DNA from: an uncultured Candidatus Binatia bacterium
GTDB lineage: Bacteria; Desulfobacterota; Binatia; UBA9968; JAJDTQ01
Reading direction: 5' to 3'
Assembly: GCA_965242525.1 (NCBI GenBank)
Contig: OZ251459.1
Coordinates: forward strand, 864,001-928,000
Length of the DNA: 64,000 nucleotides
The notes below the pieces were generated by a model that made no database searches, was not told the origin of the DNA, and worked only from the letters and a program-made list of their open reading frames with translations. The translations under genes and the position numbers were made by a program. Of this stretch, positions 57,421 through 64,000 are shown piece after piece (position 1 is the stretch's first letter; the number at the start of each line of letters is the position of its first letter).

Positions 57421-59005
57421 AGTATTGTCCAATAAGAAAGTGAGCACGGAGGAGGGAGGAAGGAGGGAGCGGGTCCTGAGTGCAAGTTTTAGGAGTAGGA
57501 TGTCAGGGAGTGGGGGGATTTTCAAGTAGAGGGAGGGATTGGTGATCCCGCAGCAGACTGGAAGAGGGGGGTTGGGTTCCCTGTGACGATGGGGGGGTTG
57601 GGGGACTCCCTCCTGGGAGAGCAGGGTTGTGGGGAGGTGGAAGGGGGGAGAGCATGGGAGGTGCTCAGGCAGCGGCGAGGATACGGCGGAAGAGACGGTC
57701 CCGGGCACGGTTGAGTTCCTTGGCGGCTTGGAGGGCGGAGCGTTGGCGGGCGGTGTGGAGGAGGGAGTCGAAGGAGACGCCGCGCTTGAGGAAGCGGGCA
57801 GCGTCAGTCAGGGAGAGGAGCTTGTCGAGGGGAGTGCGCACATCCTGGGGTTGGCAGGTTCGCCGCAGCTTGCCCCTGGGGTCCATGTGCTCGGTGGCGT
57901 AGAGGCAGGGACGGTGGAAGTTGAGGAAGGGAGAGATCTGTTTCCGGGTGAAGTCATCCACGGCCTCGGCGAAGCGGGCCGGGATGTGTTGATGGCCGAG
58001 GTACTTGCGCACCACATGGGCGTTCTTGCCTTCCACCAGGGCGTTGTCGTTGGAGCGCCGGGCGCGGGACTTGGTGAACTCGCCCACGTGCAGCTTGTTG
58101 AGCAGCGCCGCCACCCGGTGGTTGATGTACTCCGAGCCGGTCGGCATGGAAGCCTCGGATGACGAAGGGGAACAGCCGTAGCAGCGCTTCCAGGGTGGGG
58201 ACCAGGAAGCGCTCGGAGATGCCCGCCACCGCACCCACGTACTCGTACTGCGTCACCTGGTCCATCAGGTTGATGAGGTAAACCCCCTTGCGACCGTCCT
58301 GGTCGCCCTGGTGGACGGTATCCACCCGAATATACCCCGGTCGGCTGTTGGGTTCCGGGGCCTTGCGCACGGCGATGGCCGCACCGTTCCCTCGCGTCTT
58401 GCTCCACACCCTGCGCTTGGTCTGGTAGGTCCGGGACCGGCGCAGGTTGTAGAGATGGGAACGCGAAAGGCTGGCCAGTCGGACAAAGCGGGAGTCGCCG
58501 TGTACTCGATACTCTCGCCGCAAGATCTCGCAGGTGGCCAGCCCGGACATCTGCCCGAAGGCCTCGTCCACTTCCGCCAGGAGCCGGATGTCCTCAAAGC
58601 CGTAGCGCCGCTGGAACTGACGCCCGCTGTTCCGCCCCCGCCGATCCTCCACCACCCCGGTCCGGACCTGCTGCCGGATGAGCCGGGTGATCTGCGAAGC
58701 GGAGAACCCGCATACCTTGCCGATGTAGCGCCGAAGCAGCCCCCGATCTGCCCGCCCCAGACGATGGTAGCCGAAACTCACCAGGGTCCGCTGCACGAAA
58801 CCATAGGCCGACTCCCGGTCCCTGGGCTGGTACTCCACAGGCCCTGACCCCTCCACAAAGGCCCGAACCTCCCACATGGCCCGCAAACGCTCCGTCTGTA
58901 GTGACACGATCATCCCCCCAGTCTGCACCATACCGGGCCTGCTCGTGCTCACTTACCCTTGGATTCACCCATCCCCTCCATGCTCACTTACCATTGGACA
59001 ATTCT
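57421..59005 (-). mobile_element. insertion sequence (rve/DDE transposase; imperfect ~32-bp IRs; 5-bp TSD CGCGT)
   Basis: Left end AGTATTGTCCAATAAGAAAGTGAGCACGGAGG versus reverse complement of right end AGAATTGTCCAATGGTAAGTGAGCATGGAGG; CGCGT at 57416-57420 and 59006-59010. Confidence 0.85.
57665..58913 (-). pseudogene. DDE integrase/transposase, frameshifted near 58139
   Basis: RVDTVHQG, FHAD/GSEYIN and NDNALVE motifs split between two frames; the expected DNGSE lacks 2 nt. Confidence 0.8.
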
Positions 59006-59010
59006 CGCGT

Positions 59011-59039
59011 TTGACAGCCATCATGCGATGGACTAACAT
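59011..59039 (+). promoter_or_regulatory. sigma70 promoter with palindromic spacer
   Basis: TTGACA-17 nt-TAACAT; the spacer contains CCATC-ATGC-GATGG. Confidence 0.6.
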
Positions 59040-59133
59040 CGGCGCGCTTGCACGGAGTTGCGCGCTCCGGGGAAAGGGAAGCGTCGGCTTCGGCGGCGCG
59101 GCGAAGCCCGGGCAGGACAGGGAGGTCCCGCAT

Positions 59134-60000
59134 ATGGCGAAACAGGAGGACCTGACGCTCGGAGGGGCGGTGGCGGCCGCGCCCGAGGCGGAAACCCCTC
59201 GGGGACCCCGGAAGAGCAACTCCATCCTGACGGAGACTGGCTGGGACGTGGCCCTCCGCGTGGGCTCCATCGTCGCGCTCCTTTTCCTGTGGTGGCTCCT
59301 GAGCCTCTTCTTTCCCCCCACGCTGGTGCCGAAACCCTGGGATACGCTGGCGGAGGTGTTCCTCATCATCAGGACCGGGGAGTTCTTCAGCGACATGGGC
59401 AGCACCCTGTGGCGCGTCTTCGTGGGCTTCGGCTTCGCCATGCTGGTGAGCACCCCGCTGGGCATCGTCATGGGCAGCTTCCGGAACCTGGAGAGCTTCT
59501 TCGAGCCGCCGGTGATCCTGGGCCTCACCATGCCGGGGCTCATCTGGGCGCTGCTGATGATCATGTTCTTCGGCCTCACCGAGTTCAGCGCCTACACCGC
59601 GGTGGCGGTGACCATCTTCCCCATGCTCACCATCAGCATCTGGCAGGGGACCAAGTCCCTGGACAAGGACCTCATCGACATGAGCACCGCGTTCCACGCC
59701 AGCGTCATTTCGAAGCTGGTGGACGTGATCCTGCCCCAGCTCGTGTCGCACCTCCTGGCCGCCATACGGTACGGCCTGGGCCTTGCGTGGAAGGTCGTGG
59801 TGCTGGTGGAGATGTTCGGCTTCAGCAACGGCGTCGGCTACCGCGTCATGCACGGTTTCGACATCTTCTCCATGAAGGCGGTGCTCGCCTGGGCCATCAC
59901 CTTCCTGATCGTGATGATCTTCATCGAGTTCGGCGTCATCGGCGTGGCCGAGCGCAGCGTCACCCGCTGGCGTCCCCGCGTGGAGGCATGGAGGAGATAG
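59134..60000 (+). CDS. NitT/TauT-family ABC transporter permease
   Basis: TLWRV, EAA-like loop, AWKVVVLVEMFG..GVGY. Confidence 0.9.
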   Translation: MAKQEDLTLGGAVAAAPEAETPRGPRKSNSILTETGWDVALRVGSIVALLFLWWLLSLFFPPTLVPKPWDTLAEVFLIIRTGEFFSDMGSTLWRVFVGFGFAMLVSTPLGIVMGSFRNLESFFEPPVILGLTMPGLIWALLMIMFFGLTEFSAYTAVAVTIFPMLTISIWQGTKSLDKDLIDMSTAFHASVISKLVDVILPQLVSHLLAAIRYGLGLAWKVVVLVEMFGFSNGVGYRVMHGFDIFSMKAVLAWAITFLIVMIFIEFGVIGVAERSVTRWRPRVEAWRR

Positions 60001-60774
60001 GTGGCGTACGTACGCATCGACGAGGCGGTGAAGTACTTCTCGCGCGAGGACGGCTCGCCGCTGCTGGTGCTGGACAGCGTGTCCTTCGACACCAAGGAGT
60101 ACGGCATTACCGCGCTGCTGGGGCCGTCGGGCTGCGGCAAGTCCACGCTCCTGAACATCATTACGGGCCTGGAGCGGCTCGACCACGGGACCGTGGAGGT
60201 GGTCTCCGGGAGCGAGGACGCCGAGGGGGCGCACCCCCAGTTGGGTTACGTGTTCCAGGACCCCAGGCTGCTCAACTGGAAACGGGTGGAGGACAACCTG
60301 AAGTTCGCCCTCAAGGGCATGGAGGTGCCCGCGGACCGTTGGGACGAGCGGCTGGACAAGTACCTGTCGCTGGTGGGTCTGGAGGACTTCCGCAAGCAGT
60401 ACCCGCTGTACCTGTCCGGCGGAATGAGGCAGCGGGTGGGCCTCGCCCGGGGGCTGGTGATCGAGCCCCAGGTCCTGTTGATGGACGAGCCCTACAGCAA
60501 GCTCGACCAGCTCACCGCCCGGCAGTTGCGGGAGGACACCCTGGAGATCTGCTCCCGGCTGAAGCAGACGGCGTTGCTGGTCACCCACGACGTGGAGGAA
60601 TCGGCCTACATGGGGGACCGGATCGTGATCTTCTCCGCCCGCCCGGCCCGCATCGCCGCGGTCTATGAGAACCCCCTGGAGTCGTCGGAGCGCGACACCG
60701 ACGACATGCGCTTCATCGAGTTCAAGAAGCAGGTGCTGGAAACGATACTCAACCTGGTAAAGGAGGAGACATGA
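60001..60774 (+). CDS. NitT/TauT-family ABC transporter ATP-binding protein
   Basis: GPSGCGKS, LSGGMRQR, LMDEP and VTHD motifs. Confidence 0.93.
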   Translation: MAYVRIDEAVKYFSREDGSPLLVLDSVSFDTKEYGITALLGPSGCGKSTLLNIITGLERLDHGTVEVVSGSEDAEGAHPQLGYVFQDPRLLNWKRVEDNLKFALKGMEVPADRWDERLDKYLSLVGLEDFRKQYPLYLSGGMRQRVGLARGLVIEPQVLLMDEPYSKLDQLTARQLREDTLEICSRLKQTALLVTHDVEESAYMGDRIVIFSARPARIAAVYENPLESSERDTDDMRFIEFKKQVLETILNLVKEET

Positions 60775-61775
60775 GCATTCCGAGAGTCAAGCGGTTCCAT
60801 GCGCTCGCCCTGGGCGCCGCGCTGTTCCTGTTCGCTTCCGGGCCGTCCGGGCAAGCTCTGGGCGCGGACCTTCCCGTGGTCGAGTTCGGCCTCCCGTCCG
60901 GCGGCGTGTTCGGCCTGGGCGGCCAGTACATGATCGACAAGAAGCTCGACCGCAAGCACGGCTTCGTGGCGAACCCGCGCTGGGGCGGCGTGGCCAACGT
61001 CGAGCGCCTCATCGCCATCGGCGCCATCCCGGTGGGCCTGGCCACCGCGGAATCGGCCCTGCGGGCCAACCTCAAGGGCATCCCCCTCAAGCTGGTGCAG
61101 CCCTACATGAGGACGTCCCACAACTACTTCCTCGTGCGCAAGGACTCCCCCTACAAGGACCTGATGGAGCTCCGGGGCAAGCCCATCGCCCTCACCCGCG
61201 AGGTGACGTCGCTCTACAACCTGTTCGATTTCGTCATGAGGAAGCAGGGGGTCTCCATCGAGAAGGACTTCCAGCTCAAGAAGCTCGGGGCCGCAGGCAT
61301 CCGGGCGGTCATGGAGAAGGGCGAGGTGGAAGGCGCGTGGCTGTGGGAGGCCCACGTCACCAAGCTCCTGGCCACGGGGAAATACCGCTCCATCTCCAAG
61401 CTGGGAGACGTGATCAACGAGGTCCAGAACAAGGACATCCACCTGTTCGGCTGGGTCGGCGCCGCGGACGAATGGGCCAGGAAGAACCCCGAGCTGATCG
61501 GCAAGATCCGGGCTGCCTGGCAGGAGATGATCGCGGGGGTGCAGAACGACCCCGAGCATTTCCGGAAATACGCCAAGAAGATCTTCGGGCTCGAAGGCGA
61601 GAAGGAAGTCGAACTGGGCTACGAGCGCACGAGGGTCTTCCTGCTTCCGGGCGACTTCCAGTGGCCCAACCCGAAGAACCTCGCCAACCAGAAGCAGTAC
61701 CTGAAGGACGGCATCGGCCTGGGCATATTCCCCAAGGAAGCCGAACCCTTCATCGACGGCATGTTCGTGAAATAG
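60771..61775 (+). CDS. ABC transporter substrate-binding protein (NMT1/SsuA-like)
   Basis: Signal peptide, VRKDSPYKDL.ELRGK, AWLWEA; operonic position. Confidence 0.85.
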   Translation: MSIPRVKRFHALALGAALFLFASGPSGQALGADLPVVEFGLPSGGVFGLGGQYMIDKKLDRKHGFVANPRWGGVANVERLIAIGAIPVGLATAESALRANLKGIPLKLVQPYMRTSHNYFLVRKDSPYKDLMELRGKPIALTREVTSLYNLFDFVMRKQGVSIEKDFQLKKLGAAGIRAVMEKGEVEGAWLWEAHVTKLLATGKYRSISKLGDVINEVQNKDIHLFGWVGAADEWARKNPELIGKIRAAWQEMIAGVQNDPEHFRKYAKKIFGLEGEKEVELGYERTRVFLLPGDFQWPNPKNLANQKQYLKDGIGLGIFPKEAEPFIDGMFVK

Positions 61776-61844
61776 CCTGCCCGGGCGGGAAGCCGCGCCG
61801 GAACGACCCCGGGGGCGCCCGGGGTTCGAGTCGGCGCAGCGCAG

Positions 61845-61875
61845 GACCGGGGAAACGCGCCTTCCCCCGGTCTTT
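61845..61875 (+). terminator. possible terminator hairpin
   Basis: GACCGGGGAA...TTCCCCCGGTC followed by TTT, after the ABC operon; weak U-tract. Confidence 0.3.
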
Positions 61876-61902
61876 CCCCACCGTCTTCCGGGAGCGCCGA
61901 AC

Positions 61903-62895
61903 ATGACCACGGGTACGACACTGGGCCGCCACCTGGCCGCGGAGGAGCAGTGGCGGAAGGACGCCGCTGGGGAGCTGTCCGCGCTCATCGAGCCGGTGGC
62001 GCTGGCGGGAAAGCGGCTCGCGCACGCCATCGACCGGGCCGCCCTGGCCGGCTCGCTGGGCCTGGCCGGGGACGAGAACGCCACCGGCGACGCCCAGAAG
62101 AAGCTCGACGTCATCGGCAACGAGATCGTCATGGACGCGTTCGCGGGCTCGGCGCTGGTGGCGGGCGTCGCGTCCGAGGAGCTGGACGAGGCGGTGGCCA
62201 TGAGCGCGGCGGACGACGCCCGCTACCTGCTGTGCACCGACCCCCTGGACGGCTCGTCCAACACCGACGTGAACGCCCCCCTGGGCACCATCTTCGGCAT
62301 ACTGCGCCGCCGCGGTTCCGGAGCGCTGTCCGCGGACGAGTTCCTGCAGCCGGGGTCGGAGCTCGTGGCCGCGGGCTACGTGCTCTACGGCGCCAGCACG
62401 GTGCTGGTCTATACGGTGGGGAGCGGCGTCCACGGGTTCACGCTGGACCGGGAGGCGGGCGAGTTCCTGCTGTCCCACGAGGACATCCGCTGCCCGGAGC
62501 AGGGGACCGTGTACAGCGCCAACGTGGGCCGCCACAAGGACTGGGAGCCGGGGGTGCGGAAGTTCCTGGACCACGTGACGGACCGGGACCGGGCCAGCGG
62601 CCGGCCCCACTCGCTGCGGTACTCGGGGGCCCTGGTGGCGGACCTGCACCGCTGCCTCCTGGACGGCGGCGTCTATTTCTATCCCGCGGACCCCGGCAAC
62701 CCGAACGGCAAGCTGCGCCTGCTCTACGAGTGCGCCCCGCTGGCCTGCGTGGCCGAGCAGGCGGGCGGCGCGGCCAGCACCGGCAGGGGACGGCTGCTGG
62801 ACGTGGCGCCCGAGTCCATCCACCAGCGCACCCCCGTGGCCATCGGCAGCGCCGGGAACGTGGCCCTGTACGAACGGTTCCTGGCGGAAGGATGA
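61903..62895 (+). CDS. fbp: fructose-1,6-bisphosphatase class 1
   Basis: QKKLDV, SEE, DPLDGSSN, RYSGALVAD and KLRLLYE motifs. Confidence 0.95.
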   Translation: MTTGTTLGRHLAAEEQWRKDAAGELSALIEPVALAGKRLAHAIDRAALAGSLGLAGDENATGDAQKKLDVIGNEIVMDAFAGSALVAGVASEELDEAVAMSAADDARYLLCTDPLDGSSNTDVNAPLGTIFGILRRRGSGALSADEFLQPGSELVAAGYVLYGASTVLVYTVGSGVHGFTLDREAGEFLLSHEDIRCPEQGTVYSANVGRHKDWEPGVRKFLDHVTDRDRASGRPHSLRYSGALVADLHRCLLDGGVYFYPADPGNPNGKLRLLYECAPLACVAEQAGGAASTGRGRLLDVAPESIHQRTPVAIGSAGNVALYERFLAEG

Positions 62896-62917
62896 TCCGC
62901 CCCGAGGAGGAGAACGG

Positions 62918-63841
62918 ATGACCGAGAGAGTACGAGAGGTGCTGAGCTGGTACGGGAGCGACAACCCCGGCACCCTGACCAACCTTGCCCGGATGCTCAA
63001 CCACGGCCGCCTCGCCGGCACCGGCAAGTTCGTCATACTGCCCGTGGACCAGGGTTTCGAGCACGGCCCCGCCCGGAGCTTCGCCCCCAACCCCGCGGGG
63101 TACGACCCGCGCTACCACTTCGAGCTCGCCCTGGACGCGGGCTGCAACGCGTACGCGGCGCCCCTGGGCTTCCTGGAGGCCGGGGCCCGGGAGTTCGCCG
63201 GCGAGGTCCCGCTCATACTCAAGCTCAACAACCACGACCTGCTGAACGACGAGACCGACCCGTTGCAGGCGGTCACCTCCAGCGTGTCCGACGCCTTGCG
63301 CCTCGGGTGCGTGGCCGTGGGCTTCACCGTCTATCCGGGGTCGGAGCACCGCTTCGAGATGTACCAGCAGGTCCGCGCTGTCGCCGAAGAGGCCAAGCGG
63401 AACGGCCTGGCGGTGGTGGTCTGGTCCTATCCCCGGGGCTCCGGACTCACCAAGGCGGGGGAGACGGCCATCGACGTGTGCGCCTACGCAGCCCAGATCG
63501 CGGCCCAGCTCGGGGCCCACGTCATCAAGGTGAAGTTCCCGGGCAAGAACGTCGAGCAGGACCCGGCGCGCAAGGTCTATGAGAAGGAAGGCGTGCCCAT
63601 CGAAGAGCCCGCGGACCGGATACGCCACGTGGTGCAGTCGGCCTTCGACGGCCGGCGCATCGTCATCTTCTCGGGCGGCCCCGCCACCACCGACGAGGCG
63701 CTGCTCGCCGAGATCCGGGCCATCCACCAGGGGGGCGGGTTCGGCTCCATCATCGGCCGGAACTCGTTCCAGCGGAGCAAGCCCGACGCCCTGGCGCTGC
63801 TCGACAGGGTGATGCGGATCTACGCCGGGGAAGCGGCCTGA
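62918..63841 (+). CDS. fbaB: class I fructose-bisphosphate aldolase
   Basis: ILPVDQGFEHGP, WSYPRG, IKVK and SIIGRNSFQR motifs. Confidence 0.93.
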   Translation: MTERVREVLSWYGSDNPGTLTNLARMLNHGRLAGTGKFVILPVDQGFEHGPARSFAPNPAGYDPRYHFELALDAGCNAYAAPLGFLEAGAREFAGEVPLILKLNNHDLLNDETDPLQAVTSSVSDALRLGCVAVGFTVYPGSEHRFEMYQQVRAVAEEAKRNGLAVVVWSYPRGSGLTKAGETAIDVCAYAAQIAAQLGAHVIKVKFPGKNVEQDPARKVYEKEGVPIEEPADRIRHVVQSAFDGRRIVIFSGGPATTDEALLAEIRAIHQGGGFGSIIGRNSFQRSKPDALALLDRVMRIYAGEAA

Positions 63842-63909
63842 GCGGCGTCCGCGTTCGGGCTCGCGCGTTCGCTTGTGGTACGGACGAGCCTGTGCTAACC
63901 GTCCCGGTC

Positions 63910-64000
63910 ATGCCACTCCAGAGGAACATGGAAATCAGGCGGCGGCGCATGCGCCGGAAGCGGCTGGCCAAGCTACGCGTGAAGCTCCAGGGCGCCAGGA
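63910..64000 (+). CDS. small basic protein (DUF6800-like), runs off the window
   Basis: MPLQRNMEIRRRRMRRKRLAKLR; no stop codon within the window. Confidence 0.5.
   Translation, partial: MPLQRNMEIRRRRMRRKRLAKLRVKLQGAR

Noticed and set aside
61810-61845. tRNA-like GGTTCGAGTC
   Set aside because: No cloverleaf, acceptor stem or CCA
1-64000. Many long alternative-frame and antisense ORFs (e.g. 9646-12135 +, 14922-17072 +, 50771-53002 +)
   Set aside because: Shadow ORFs typical of high-GC DNA. They overlap well-supported genes and are Arg/Pro/Gly-rich with no recognisable motifs.

Overview
High-GC bacterial chromosomal window with about 60 CDS and two tRNAs (Glu, Lys). The gene mix and REP families suggest an uncultured deltaproteobacterium-like organism, possibly host-associated; this is inference only. 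Housekeeping genes are asnS, tadA, prpB/prpD, msrPQ, fbp/fbaB and a YrdC/YciO-family gene. They are interspersed with many catabolic accessory genes: four ornithine-cyclodeaminase/mu-crystallin paralogs, two phthalate-type Rieske oxygenases, a CoxSLM-like molybdo-hydroxylase, and TctC and NitT/TauT transport genes. Top observations: (1) an operon at 32.6-38.2 kb with a PaaK-like CoA ligase, a PpcA/AbcA-like UbiD and a small protein resembling the phenylphosphate carboxylase gamma subunit (PpcD/AbcD). This matches the AbcA-AbcD-BzlA set proposed for anaerobic benzene carboxylation, but here it is flanked by a CDO-like cupin, a CADD-like diiron oxidase and a cyclodeaminase. (2) A BCP peroxiredoxin with an in-frame TGA at the catalytic Cys followed by a SECIS-like hairpin, i.e. 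a selenoprotein split by the ORF caller. (3) A C-protein/C-box-controlled restriction-modification module pairing a DUF1156-type zinc-ribbon methyltransferase with an unrecognised PD-(D/E)xK nuclease. (4) A DDE insertion sequence with AG..CT ends and a 5-bp target duplication, inserted against the end of a related element and next to a REP-flanked, internally deleted Type ISP remnant. All family assignments come from motif recognition by eye; no database searches were run.
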